Assembly: GCA_001938485.1 (NCBI GenBank)
Contig: MQRK01231607.1
Span: forward strand, 1 to 54,843
Direction: 5' to 3'
DNA: 54,843 nt
Source: Girardia tigrina
Taxonomy: Eukaryota
In this document: piece after piece, positions 11,962 through 24,507 of the stretch
How the letters are laid out: each line of letters begins with the position of its first letter
Position numbering within the stretch: position 1 is the stretch's first letter
The notes under the pieces: generated by a model
Databases searched by the model: none
Told to the model about the DNA's origin: nothing
Seen by the model: only the letters and a program-made list of their open reading frames with translations
Made by a program: the position numbers and the translations under genes

Positions 11962-12148
11962 TTTTGTTCAGCCCACCGCCCATGTTGTTCCGAATACCGG
12001 ACGGGGATAGCAGAGGTGCTCAGTAGGAATATGAGCTCAGACTCTTTCTGCTGGGCCCATTTTAATTTAAGATTGTTCAAACAGATTATTTTTGTTTTAA
12101 AATCAAAATCAAAGCAATGATAAAAAAGTTCAAAAATTTGAGCAATTA
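11962..12148 (-). ncRNA. Candidate U17/snR30 (SNORA73-like) box H/ACA snoRNA
   Basis: 5' hairpin ATTGCTCAAAT/GTTTGAACAAT, then box H AAATTA (12068-12063), then TGGGCC...GTCTGAGCTCATATTCCTA (m1 perfect). Upper stem CTGAGCACC/GGTATTCGG, m2-like AACAACAT, lower stem GCTCAT/ATGGGC, and ACA at 11967-11965. About 187 nt. Confidence 0.55.
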
Positions 12149-13399
12149 GAATTATTTAAAGCAAATAATCGTTTCTCCAAAATTACACAAAATAAACTTA
12201 AATCGTAAAATATAAAAAATCAAAATGCCTCTTTCCTCTTAAATCACAATCAATTAACCAAAGTTAGAAATCGTTTTGTATAAAATATGACAATCGATAT
12301 TCGTTTGTTTTTTGATAATTTACAAATGATCAAATCGTTAAATTACATTTGTTTCGCTAGTACAAGAGAAACATGAAAATCAGAAATAAAAATTAAAATT
12401 GAAATTAAATTTCACTTGTGCCATTAACTCGTTCTGATTGGATAGCCAATCAAAGCTTACGCCAAATTTATTTAACTTTTTTTTTAATTTTCCTTTTCCT
12501 TATTTAATTTAAATTTCTATTTTAATTATTTAATTATTTAACTTAAATCTCATATATCAAATATATAAGAGAAACAAAGTTATAAAAATCAGTAATTGTC
12601 ATTTGAATATCCCAATAAATAGCTCGATTTGAATTTGAGTTGGCATGAGAGGAATTCGATTGTCTTTTTCCAGGAGAGGTAATGGAAATCGACAATAGAT
12701 ATACAATAACAATACAATATAATAAATATTAAATTCGAATTTCGAACATTAAAAAAGTTGAAAAGTTCTTTTTAGATCAAAATACAGGTCATTAAATTTT
12801 CAAAGTTACAGAATGAAAAAAAATGTTTTCAAAAACTTCTTCATTAAAACATTGAATGTTCTTTATTAAGTATCATCTTGAATGACCTAAATAATATTTC
12901 CACTGCGACTTCTTTTAATACAAGCCATCTGTCAAATTGACCAGAAAAAGGATAAAGTTGTAAAGTGTTAAGTCTCAGATAACTTTCACAAATGTTTTTC
13001 TAAGATCTTTAAGCGACGAAACAATAATAAGCAAATTAAATCTTCACAATTTAGGAAGAGGCATATAACGAAGAATGAAAATATTTATTTAGAACTGATT
13101 TTAAAATTGATGTAATTTTATGGCTGCATTGTTAATTTGGTTTTCTGGTTTTTTTGTCATCATTATATTCAATATATCTGCATTTCAACATATAATTTTA
13201 TTCACGTTTTTTAATACAAATAAATATTTTTTTAAATATGTGATGTATAATGGAAAATGATTGATTGAAATAAAAAATGAATTACTATATGTTTTCAATA
13301 TAATTCATTACTTAAAGGATAAATTCTACTATTAAAAAATCGGCCATTTGTTCTTCATTGGATAACACAATCAAACTCGACTCAATTATGACAATATCT

Positions 13400-13770
13400 A
13401 TCCACTAGATCGCCTTGAATGACGACCATATTATATGGCGGTTACAGCACCAGGAGTGTCTGATCAGTCAGTCGGTTCGCCAACAGAATTTAAAAACGAT
13501 GAGAAGCTGGCAGAGGATGAAGATGGGAATAGAGTATGAATTTTGCGGGCGAATCAACGAACGAGAACTTATTCTCATTAGGTTGTGGCGATTTTGTCAC
13601 AGGATGGTAGTCTGCGCTCCTAAGCTCACCGCAGGTCGGATTTTTTTAAAATTAATCCCAGACTAAGATGTATGACGCCATCTCAAGAGTGCATGGACCG
13701 CACCCGGCGAATACCTTTATAATATGGAATCAGTTATTGAAGTTGTATAAGTTTTTTTAGGTCTTTATAA
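13400..13770 (+). mobile_element. Possible CR1/L2-type LINE 3' remnant
   Basis: RELILI and IIWNQL resemble the C-terminal RGDLI and N.WN.L motifs of CR1 RT. Weak. Confidence 0.25.
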
Positions 13771-13947
13771 CCCCTATTAAAGTATTAAACGAGCTCTTTG
13801 ACTTTCGGGTTCCAAAACTTGGGAAATACTATCAAAGATAATCACATATATCATTTTGATGTTTTCACAAAATCGAGTTACTGACGAGTTCCACTAAGAC
13901 GTTTAATAGGAAAAATGGAAAGTATGTAAAAAAATTTAAAAAGTACA

Positions 13948-15330
13948 AAATTCAAAGTATGTTCAGCAATAAATCTATATTGCAAATTGATGATTATGCA
14001 AACATCTTGCGCAATAATTAATTAAATATTTTCAACAAAGTGGAAGAGAGACTTGTTTGGATATTAATGTACGGATTAAGTGATTTAATCAATAATGCTT
14101 CACAAGTTACTCTTTCCCAATAATTTTTAAAATTACTGCACAATATTTTAAAATTAGTTGCTTTCACCTCCGATCTACAACCCTTCATATGTACAGCAAT
14201 ATTACTCTCATTACCCAATCGTCCATGCTCCTGAATCCGTTTACAGAGATGACGAGACGTCTCTCAATTGTATCAAAAACGAAATTCAAAGTATGTTCAG
14301 CAATAAATCTCGTACTCCTTTGAGTTCATGTTCCAAACTGGTTTATCGATTTTGTGTAATGGGTAAAACGCCACATACATTGGAGAGACGTCTCGTCATC
14401 TCTGTAAACGGATTCAGGAGCATGGACGATTGGGTAATGGCAGTAATATTGCTGGACAAATGAAAGTTTGTAGATCGGAGGTGAAACAACTAATTTTAAA
14501 ATATTGTGCAGTAATTTTAAAAATAATTGGGAGAGAGTTACTTGTGAGACATTATTGATTAAATCACTTAATCCGTCCATTAATTTCTGTAAAGTAAACA
14601 ATCTCAAAAATTCATAATAATTGAAAGTGCTTTCTTTAACAAATATATTGACAATTCATAACTGTAACGGAAAGATGTACAAGAAAAGAAATTTTTCTCC
14701 ATCACAACAACCATAAACAGGTTGTCTCAGATCGTCTTGATTATTAACGTCTCCAATTAGATATCTGATTTTTTTTATTATTGACTGGTTTTAAATTGAA
14801 GGGATTGGTTGAGGAAAGACGGAATAGTTATAGTTTACAATAATTATTTAATTTTCGTCTTTGTTGGAAAAACGGGATTGTTTAATTATTATTTCTTGCC
14901 CGTTGTTGTTTTCAAACTTTCTTTTACTGATTGGAAATTGAGGGAATTGGCTAAGGAAATGATGAAGTGATGATAGTTTCTAGGAAACTTCTTATTCTTC
15001 TAATTCAAAATCCAAATTTGTCGATCAATATTTTTATTGATTTTTTTATTATTTAATATTAGATAATATTACCATCCAAATATTATATTATATATAATAT
15101 TATTATCCTAATTTATTTAAACAGAAAATAAAATAAAAATTTACATTTACAATGTCCAAACAAGTCTCTTCCACTTAGTTGAAAATAATTTTTTTAGTTA
15201 TTACACAAGATGTTTGCATAATCATCAATTTGCTATACATAAGACAGCGAAATTGTTGTTAATTCTGCCTGAAGATGGTGGAAAATCCACCGAAATATAT
15301 TGCGACAATAAAATTTTATTTTTTGAATGC
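13948..15330. mobile_element. Penelope-like element 3' end (GIY-YIG + pLTR) present as an inverted duplication
   Basis: GIY-YIG C-terminus (ETSRHLCKRIQEH...SNIAVHMKGC...FKIL...EALLIKSLNPYIN) on the minus strand at 13977-14273 and on the plus strand at 14375-14584 plus 15151-15236, followed by a hammerhead and AATAAA. Confidence 0.85.
15266..15304 (+). ncRNA. Minimal type I hammerhead ribozyme (Penelope pLTR)
   Basis: TGC-CTGAAGA-T-GGTGGA AAA TCCACC-GAAA-TATATT-GCG. Perfect 6-bp stem II, palindromic stem III, 3-bp stem I. Lies directly downstream of the GIY-YIG end. Confidence 0.85.
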
Positions 15331-15839
15331 GTATATATAATATATATGTATATAACTATATGAAAGTATGTTGCCTTTTCCCTTCGATTGATAATGATAC
15401 ATTTATTTATTTGTTTAATTCGGAAAATCGTCTACGAATTAGCATCGTTCAGTGAACATATTTTCCATAATTATTCAACCATATAAAAACTGAAAAAAAG
15501 AAAATTGTAATATTACCTCAATTTTTGAAAATAAATATTTCTTAAAAATAATTCTGTTTAGATTGAGAGGTTTTATATTTTCAATTGATTTTCAGATGTC
15601 TTTTTTGAACCGTGGATCAAATTTTCCTCATCAAATTATTCTACATATATATTTAATTTATTTTATCATCATTAAGTTTATGAATTTATTAATTATTTCG
15701 ATATTTTTAATATGATATGAAGTATAAAATTAAGGGATAAGTATTAGTATATATCAAACTTTGATAATTTTACTAAATAGAACATTATTTATCATTTAGT
15801 GCATATTGTCTTGAAAATAATTCCCAACCTTAGTGGAAT

Positions 15840-16130
15840 TCTTTACAGAGTGTTACGTTTAAATTGAGACATACCACAAAATAATCATATTCACAAACCT
15901 GCGAAAGGAGAATGTGTACCTAATCGCAAACCAATTTCTGTGGAATAAGAAGAACGAAGAGAGCTCGATGACGTCCAGAGTTTTGGAAGCGCAGTGCAAC
16001 CTGGACGGGTTGCAGCAGATGATCGAAGATAAACCGTCATTGCTGATGCATGATCTTCCAACCTCACTGTAGGTTGGCGTGACGATGTCACTTCAAATGA
16101 TGATGTTCATATTTACATAAAACGAAAAAC
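15840..16130 (+). mobile_element. mariner transposase N-terminal (HTH) fragment
   Basis: Resembles the N-terminus of the mariner at 39905 (GECVPNR; ELDDVQSFG..; NLDGLQQMIEDKPSL). Confidence 0.55.
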
Positions 16131-16197
16131 TTTACCTACTATAAAAGGGAAATTACTTGACTTATTTGCCTTCATAAGTTTGTAAGGCTTTTAAACA

Positions 16198-16980
16198 TAT
16201 TATGTTGGGAAGTATAAAATTTTAGACATGATTACAATAAATTCAAATAGTTATAATTCAGCAATGACTTAATACTTTGTTGTTAAGTTTTCTTTGTTTG
16301 ATTGGTTATTGAACACATTGACAAAAATCAATTAAAATTATTAATAACTGTTTTAATAATCAGTGTTTTCAAAAATGGAAGAGGCACAAGTTATGAAGTT
16401 CGAGATCCTACGAATTGAATGAAAAGCAAAAACAAAAGCTTTTCAGTGCTTGTTTGATAATGTTTTCTAACTATAAATGTGATCACTTTTTTAATCAAAT
16501 CATTACTAGTGATGAAATATTGGTCAAATATGGCAAGCGCAAACATTCAGCAAGCTGAGTCAACACGAATGAAGCACAAAAACTCAGGTCAAAGCACAAC
16601 ATTCATCAACGGAAACTAATCGTGAGTGTTTGGTGGTTTGCCTCATGTATAATCCAATATCACTTAATGAAGCCTGATTCGCAGATTACAACAGATGTCT
16701 ACTACAACAATTTGGAAGAAATGATATGGAAACTCAAAGAAGAATAGCTGCATTTGGTAAACAGGTCGTCTTACATCTTGCTTCACGAAAATAAAAAGTC
16801 TCATATTGTACTTAAGGCAGTTACAAAACTTACAGGAACCTAAGTTGGAACTTCAGCACTATCTTCATACTCACCAGATCTAGCCCCAATTGTCTACCAT
16901 TTCTTCGTTCATTTGAAAGACTTCTTAATTGAAAAAATTATCAATTCCAAAGATATCGTAAAAATGACCTTTTAGGAATG
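16198..16980 (+). mobile_element. Degenerate mariner element
   Basis: TIR-like start, IITSDEILV, LLHEN...H and YSPDLAPIVYHFF. Same family as 23840 and 45424. Confidence 0.8.
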
Positions 16981-17789
16981 GCTAGTGTAAATTTTCGATT
17001 CGCTGAATAAGTTAATGTTTTAATTTAAAAATTTTGCAAAAATTAAATAATAAAAACAGAGTTTAAAATTAAAAAAATTTTAAAGTTGATATATTTCAGT
17101 TGACAGTTTTAAAATAAAAATTTTAAAAGAAATAATACAATTAATAAATGTTTTTGCGTAAATTTATATATCAAGCTGCTACAAACGTTTTTTACGAAAT
17201 TAAATAGTTTTCTACAAATTAATTTTAAAATTAGATGTTATATAAATGTAAAAAATTATTTTTATTGTGTTTAGAATATTTTTTTAAAAAATACATAATA
17301 ATAAATATTTTTAAAATTTTATAAGTTGATTGCATCTTATTTAAATGAAATAAATTAATTTTATAGGTAATAAAATTTTTAAAAGCATTCTAAATTAATA
17401 AAAAAAAGTTTTAATTAAAAATAAAAGTTCAAAAATATGTAATCGAATATAATAAATTATTTTTAAAGTTTTTACACATTCATTGGATTTTATTTAATAG
17501 AATGAATTAATTTTATTAGTCATTTAAATTTTGAAAATGCATTTTAAAAATAATAAAAATTTGATATAGTAAAATGTCAAAAATAAGTTATAAAATATAA
17601 TAAATTATTTTTAAAGATGTTTTTTACAAATTGAAAGTAAAATAAAATTTATGAGACGAGTTGAAAATTTTAATTAACGAAAATTTGTTTGAAAATTGGT
17701 AGTTGTCATATGAATAAATGTTGGTGTTAAAAATGAATTCTGATATATTTTGTTGTTGCAACCACTTCTCACAAGGAATATAAAGATTT

Positions 17790-17915
17790 AAGCCCAGTAA
17801 GTCTTTTGTCAAATTGACTCATCAAGCCTCCGCTCAAATGGCAAAAGTATGTCGATATTTGTATTGTCAATAAACTTTGACTTTAGTTCTATATATTTTA
17901 TACGTAACGATCTAA
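17790..17915 (+). mobile_element. mariner 3' end fragment
   Basis: CCGCTCAAATGGCAAAAGTATGTCGAT and TCAATAAACTTTGACTTTAGTTCTA match the 3' ends at 24380-24507 and 46510-46637. Confidence 0.7.
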
Positions 17916-18585
17916 TATACGGGTAAATTGCAAAATATTTCAGCTGTCCTTACAGACATGAAAACAATATGTATTTAAGTTTAGTTTATTTAAAAATTAT
18001 GTGTATAATTAATAAAGTTTATTCTTTGAAAATATCTATAAAACCCTAACATTGAGCGCATATTGACTTCCTAATTCGTTAAGTTTGTTTGACAAATAAA
18101 AATATTGCAGTCACAGAAACCTACACCTGTCAATGAGCATTTACAATAAATATAATATAAAATAGTAAACGTAATACTTTTTCGGTACTCATTTCAGTTT
18201 TTAAACCATAAATAATTTTAGATTTAAAAAAATAACTTTAGAATTGGTTTAGAAAATCTCTTCATGTGTCATTTTGGAATTACCGACACAAACAGATATA
18301 AAGATTATATATTAATTTTCCGACAAAAAATGACACCGAAATAATTATTTATTTGTATTTTTCTAATCAAATTAAAATTTGCATTATTTAAGGTGCTTTA
18401 TTCAAACTAAAATTATCAAACAGAAATAAAAATATCATCATTTGCTCATTAACGTAAAACCAGAAGCACTCAAACTTTATCCTTCGGCGATCGACCATGA
18501 AAGCTTTAAGCGTCAAACGATCGAGTTGGTAGAAATAAAAGACGAAATTTATAAATGGTTGTATATATATTGACTATATACACTA

Positions 18586-19097
18586 AGGGACCATCCATAT
18601 ATTATGTACGGACTGAAGGGGGAGGGGGGTGTTTAAATTTAAAAGATTTTGCGTATGGGTGCATATGATGATGGGGGTGGGTAATTATTAAATATGTAAA
18701 CAGGCAATGGTTTTCTTAAAAACATCTTTTTAATTTTCTGCTCTGTGAACACACCATCATTCTATCAACAAAGGTGGAATATAAAATCTAATAAAGAATT
18801 AAATTTTGATGAAAAAATATAGAGTTGGAATTGTAAGATTCCCTGACGCATATTGTTGTTATTCTGTTCCTTTCGCTTTACTCTAATAATATAAGGCATT
18901 TTGCATATAATGCACACAGCCAGCATTTGTTATGATACAGTGTTTGTTGGAAGAAATTTAGAACATTGTATAAAAATGGTGGTTCGAGACTCAATTTGTA
19001 TGTGCTTATGGTAGTTCAAAATGTACAGGGTGCAATGGTGGGAGGAGGGGGGTTAGAATATTAACTTTTTTGCGTATGTAATAAATGGATGGCCCCT
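18586..19097. mobile_element. MITE (512 bp) with terminal inverted repeats and TA flanks
   Basis: TA|AGGGACCATCCATATATTATGTACG ... CGTATGTAATAAATGGATGGCCCCT|TA, with G-rich subterminal runs and no coding capacity. Confidence 0.8.
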
Positions 19098-19139
19098 TAT
19101 ATATTGATGTTGATATATGGCACTGCATGTCATTTGCGT

Positions 19140-20260
19140 ACTTTTCATAGAATGACGCATAATTACTTCGCTCCAAACTTAAGGATGAGCCAATTACATT
19201 ATTTAGATTTAATGATCTTCATTTGGAAAATGCATAAGTAGGTTGACCCAAATAATGTTGTTAAATGAAGAACTGTTTGTTTCAAATATAGATACTTTTC
19301 TTCAGAAAACAAGGCTTTATCTGTAGCTTTGGCTCTGAGACGCATATTTGAAGTCCAAATTGAACGTGTTTGATATACTAGAAGCTTTTTTTTCAACAAA
19401 ATGGATGACACATGAGAGTTTTAATATCAGTGAAATCGTCTAAATCGAAAAACGCCATTCAAACTCACACAGAATATTTTTATTTCGTTCTCATAACTCG
19501 TAAAATCAAAATTTGTCTGTGAGTCGATTCTCAATTTCAAAGTCGGATAATTTTGTTAATCCATTTTATTCAGTTGATCAATAAGTAGTTTAAGTTTATT
19601 TTCAAATGCATTGATTGCACTGTGCATATCGATGGTGGTTTTGTTTTTCCCTTGTAGTTCAAAGTTATTTAAATTGGAATAAATTGTAACAAGAAAGAGT
19701 TGTCAAGAATGCCAAATTACAGAGCCATTTTTTCCTTTCTAAGCATTTCAGTCTCATGACCTCTTTCATCAAAAAACTAAATGATTATTTGTAGTTATTA
19801 TTGAAACCTTTCCAATGATTTGCCTCGACTTAAACACCTAACATCTGTATGGAGAAGTACATCAGTGTGATATGATTCATTAGTTTCCAATTGGTCTTTA
19901 AAGAAGTTTCATTATAAACTTTGAGCTCGTATTGAATTCACTACCTTCAAGTTTATGTCCGTAACCTCTTTTATATTTTATATTTTAGAATATATGACTT
20001 GCTGATGAATAATACAATAAATTGAAGAAGACGATGGAGTATCATCGTTCGCTCGAGAAAATCCAACAAATATATTCGTTTTTCCAGTTATGAATGGTTC
20101 TCCATCTGTTGATGGGTACGAGTTTATGTAATGGCAGCTCGTAGCTTCTTGAAAACTTAAATGAATCGTAAATATATATTTACCAGAAGTAGTTCCTTGT
20201 ATAGCAGTATCCGTCATATTAACTATAACACAAGACCACTTTAAAACGTTTAGCACAACG
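19140..20260 (-). mobile_element. hAT (SPIN/Buster/Charlie-type) transposase pseudogene
   Basis: GTTSGKYIF, TDGEP.ITGK, CIIHQQ, LLHTDVRCLSRGK.LERF and LFGSTYLC motifs across broken frames. Confidence 0.85.
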
Positions 20261-20279
20261 TTATTTGCAGTACTAATCC

Positions 20280-20790
20280 AACATTTGGCATCATAGAAAG
20301 AAAAACGAACCGAGAGGTAAAGTTCACGGGTGTTTTTATTGAAGTTTGTTTATCGACAGATTAAGACGAGTTTGTCATTGAGAATGACATAGGATCTACC
20401 AGGACCGGGAACTTTCTTTTTTCAAAAGTTTTCAGCAAACAAAACTTGATTTTTAACAATACATTGAAATTTTGACACGAAACCCTTATATTTTTTTTCA
20501 AAATAAACCAAACATTTACATCTGAAGGGCCAAAAACTTTGCGAATCGGTTTGGGATGTTCTTAAGCACCCTCAATATATTCCAGATGTTGCCACATCCG
20601 ATTATCATCTTTTCCGGTCACTGGAACATTTTATTCGCGGACACCGCTTTATTGAAGCTGAACACGTGTAACATGCCATTCAAAAGTTTTTCGACCAGAA
20701 AACGCTAGTTTTACCGCCATGGAATTTCCTTGTTGAGGCTTGTTTTGAGAAAAATAATTGAAAGTAATGGCAACTACATTAATGAAAGCG
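20280..20790 (+). mobile_element. Internally deleted mariner remnant (different subfamily)
   Basis: WDVLKHPQYIPDVATSDYHLFRSLEHF and terminal ESNGNY. Confidence 0.75.
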
Positions 20791-22047
20791 ATCCCCTTTT
20801 ATTGTAAAAATTTTACTTTTAATAAAATCTTAATTTACTGATAAAACTTTCGTTCGAGCCGCATAAAATAATAATATGTCACAATTTTTATAATAATTAT
20901 TAATGTTATGAAATGAATTTTTAAATAATTAATGCCAGTCAAATAAAGTACGTAAATTTATTGTATTATTAAAACAATCGAAAGATTGGGGGTTGGTTCA
21001 TTATTTATTTATATTAATATTTTAATTCAGTCAGCTCAATTAAACAAACAAAGTTCACTTTTCTTTCATAAAACTGATATTCAATTATTTATATTTCTAA
21101 AACAGTTGCATAATTTCAATATTTATATAATATTATTATTTTTAATTTAATTAATTTAGTCTAAAAATACGTTGTCATTATCAAAATTATCATTTGAAAC
21201 TTTTACCTAAACATAAAATATATTTGCATTTCAATGAATATTTTTATATAATTTAATATAATTAATTAATTAATTAAATGTGTATTTTTTATTAATTAAA
21301 GTATTTTTGATAAATATTTCATAATTTTTGTTCATACAATCTATTTAATGTGTTTTTTTATTTTTAAGATTAGTTTAAATAATTGAAAATTGTCTTTAGA
21401 AATAAAATTAACTTAAAGTTTTTTTGGGTTTACTTTGAGTGGTTCTGATTTCCAGCACTGACCTAAAGTGTACGTCCACATTTAATTTGAGCATTGTATA
21501 TTGTGGTACATGTTACAATTTGGTTTTGTGAGAGCACAATTGTAAAATGAAGAGGCAACAGAAGTGTAGTTTGACCCACAGATTTAATTTGAACACCATC
21601 TTGACCGAAAACGTACTTTTCCATTCTATTAAATAAGGTCTACGTTATTCTTTCTAATCATTTTTAGGTCCTCGTTTCTATAGTTTTAAATTCATGAAAA
21701 AGGAAACTATTGAACTTTGGATTAACTATAGCTCTAGATATGTTAAAAGATCAAGTAAAATTGAAATATTAAATTCATATGCAAAAATAATATAAAGTGT
21801 TTTTGAAAGTGTGAAACTATAATCTAAAAAATGAATTGGTTGATTCGTATACAAAAATCATATGGAATGTTGTTGAGTATTATTGAAGTGTTTTTATGTC
21901 TTAGGTTTTCTTGGACACTCTTGAATACGGTCTCTCGTTTTTCATAACCAATGACCAGAGGATTAAGGAATGCTTCTAAAACTAAATTTAATATTTTGTT
22001 TTAAAATAAAATCAAAAGAATAAAATTTATAACTCATAAAATAAGTA

Positions 22048-23490
22048 CAGGGTGTCCCACGATTGAGTCCCATTAATTTTTTAATCTAAAATAAGTAAAA
22101 ATAAGAAAAGCAATATTTTTGCAGTGTTTCTGTAACCATTTTCACTATTATTCCATGTTTACTAACACCTGTTCTACCATATTATAGAGGTATAAATTAA
22201 CATTTAAAAATAATCGATAAAACATTGACTATGAATTCCTATGTAGTTTGTTGGGAAATAAGTTCATTTTTGGATGTATCTTTTTCTATTTCTTTGGGTA
22301 TTTTTTATTTCATATTATTTCATATTGAAATAATTGTAATAAATAATTCTTTACATCAGCGTTGTTTTAATTTCTCATTTAAAATGTATACAAATCAATA
22401 AATTTACAAGAGCGAAAGAGTTTAAAAATTCATCAAAAATGCAAAAAAACCCAGTTCACATTTTGGAAGATTGTTCAGGTGAAAGTACTAACAGAAAATT
22501 CATTTACCGAACAATCAAAAGATAGGAGCAACATGGCTTTATTGTCCCATCAAAAGCCGGACTCGTCAAATGCTAGGAAAGGTTAAGCGTACAATAAAAA
22601 AGGAAAGACAGTGAGGAAAACCAGCAAAAATTTAATATAAGGAAAAGTTCAGTGCTCACAATCTAAAAGTATTTCTTGCATTTAAAAGCTTACAAACGTC
22701 AGAAAGCTCACACGATTCCAAATAAGAACCAACAAGTTCGTATGGATGGCTGTCAAAAAATCAATAGATTGCACTCACGATCGAACATCATATTTTCTGA
22801 CGAAAAGATTTTTATGTTTCAAAAGCAGCATAATCGTCAGAACTATCAGATTTTGTCTCATTGAAATTCCTATCATGAATGATTTGTTGAAAAGTCTTAA
22901 GGTTCAAAAGGAGTAATGGTATGGGCCGCAGTAATTGTCAAAGTTCGGCCTCTGTTGTTGTTTTTAGGGCGTTAAAATTTTTAAGGGAGTTAAAATAAAT
23001 CAAGAATATTATTTGGTAATTCATCATTGACTTTCCAGCAGGATTCTGCACCTGCTCATGTAACTCGACATGTGGTTCAACAATGGTGCAAAGATAATTT
23101 ACCAGGCTTCATTGACACGGACTTATGGTCAGCAGTATCACCAGATTTAAATTCTTTAGATTACTCAATCTGAGGTATTGTGGAAAGTCACTTAGCGAAC
23201 ATTGACACCAAAATGAGCATCGATGAATTCAAAAGAAAACTGACAAAAATATCGAATGAAAAACATATTTGAAAAGCCTGCAAATCCTTCATCAAACGAT
23301 AAAATGATATTTTTAGAGCTGATGAGGGTCGTGTTCAATTGCTCTAATAAACTTTGTTTTTTAAATGGGATGTTGTTTTTTTATTTTTACTTCTTTAATA
23401 ATGAAAAATTATATGGAACACAATACATTAATTTAATTTTTTTTATTTAAAGATATTTAATATTGAGGCTGCATTACTTTTCCCATTCTG
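22048..23490 (+). mobile_element. maT (DD37D-like) transposon relic
   Basis: TA|CAGGGTGTCCC terminus; IIFSDEKIF, QKQHNRQN, VMVWA, FQQDSAPAH...W..SPDLNSLDYSI*G. Right end is approximate. Confidence 0.8.
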
Positions 23491-23839
23491 GATATTATTA
23501 TTATTATTATTATTATCTTATCAGTATTATCTTATTAGTAATGATTCACAATACAATCTCTCAAAATGTGAATCAAAATTCTTTTGAAAAATAGAAAATT
23601 CATCTTTTAAAATTATTAATAAATAAATAAGTTATATTTTTGCAATATCTATAGCGATTAAGAACCTTACTCGATCTACTTGACTGTGAACACTCACTTT
23701 TTGTTTTGTTTGAGTATACATTCCATTTCTTTAGCAAATGATTTTATCACATATTCTACCAGGATTTAGTTTAGGAAATTCGTACAACTTATTTCAGACA
23801 ATTATGCCAACATTAAATAAATGTAAGAAACATTTTGTA

Positions 23840-24507
23840 TTAGGTTGTCAAGTATGAAATTTGTAGGCATCATTACAACAAATTCAATTCAAACTTTAAT
23901 TTGACAATGGTTTTACATTTTTATAAAAATAAAAATAATTATACGTTTTGAGAACATTTTATAATCATCAGTATATTTAAACATAGAAAAGTCAGAAATT
24001 AAAACTATTATGAAGTACGACATCCGACATAGAACCTTAGTCTCACAAACCGTGCAAAACATGAAAAATGTATTCCGATGCAATTCTACTTCACAGAAGA
24101 AAGTCTCAAACCGGTTCAGGAAATTTGTGAAAGGTTTTTTTAATCTCAATAATAAGTATAAGGGTCGTCTAGGCACGCAGTAACCGTGGAGTTGGATCCA
24201 GTACAAAGTACTGATGATGTATCGTTACCATTTAATATTAAAAGGCAAACAATATTGAATCATTTGGCTCAAATTTCTTCTTTAAAAAAAATCAATTCCC
24301 AGGATTGCTTAAAAATGGCCTTCCAGGAATTTATAGATTCTCACTCACCAAATTTTTATTCAAACGGACGTAACAAGCTGCCGCTCAAATGGCAAAATGT
24401 GTCGATAATATGGGTGCATACTTTGATAAATGACATAAATATTTGTATGTGCAAATAATCAATAAACTTTTACTTTAGTTCTACAAGTTTCATATTTGAC
24501 GACATAA
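23840..24507 (+). mobile_element. Internally deleted mariner (668 bp) with both TIRs and TA TSD
   Basis: TA|TTAGGTTGTCAAGTATGAAATTTGTAG ... CTACAAGTTTCATATTTGACGACATAA|TA. N- and C-terminal transposase pieces are fused and the catalytic core is deleted. Confidence 0.85.

Noticed and set aside
12030-12050. RNase P CR-I-like GTCTGAG (also at 54178)
   Set aside because: There is no downstream CR-V partner (TCAGAC) on the same strand.
13880-13915. CTGACGAG...GGAAAA as a hammerhead
   Set aside because: No proper stem II-GAAA-stem III geometry, and it lies in PLE coding-like sequence upstream of the endonuclease.
15891-16091. Minus-strand 66-aa ORF ending at a CAG|GT donor as a host exon
   Set aside because: The plus strand matches a mariner N-terminus, so the ORF is its antisense shadow.
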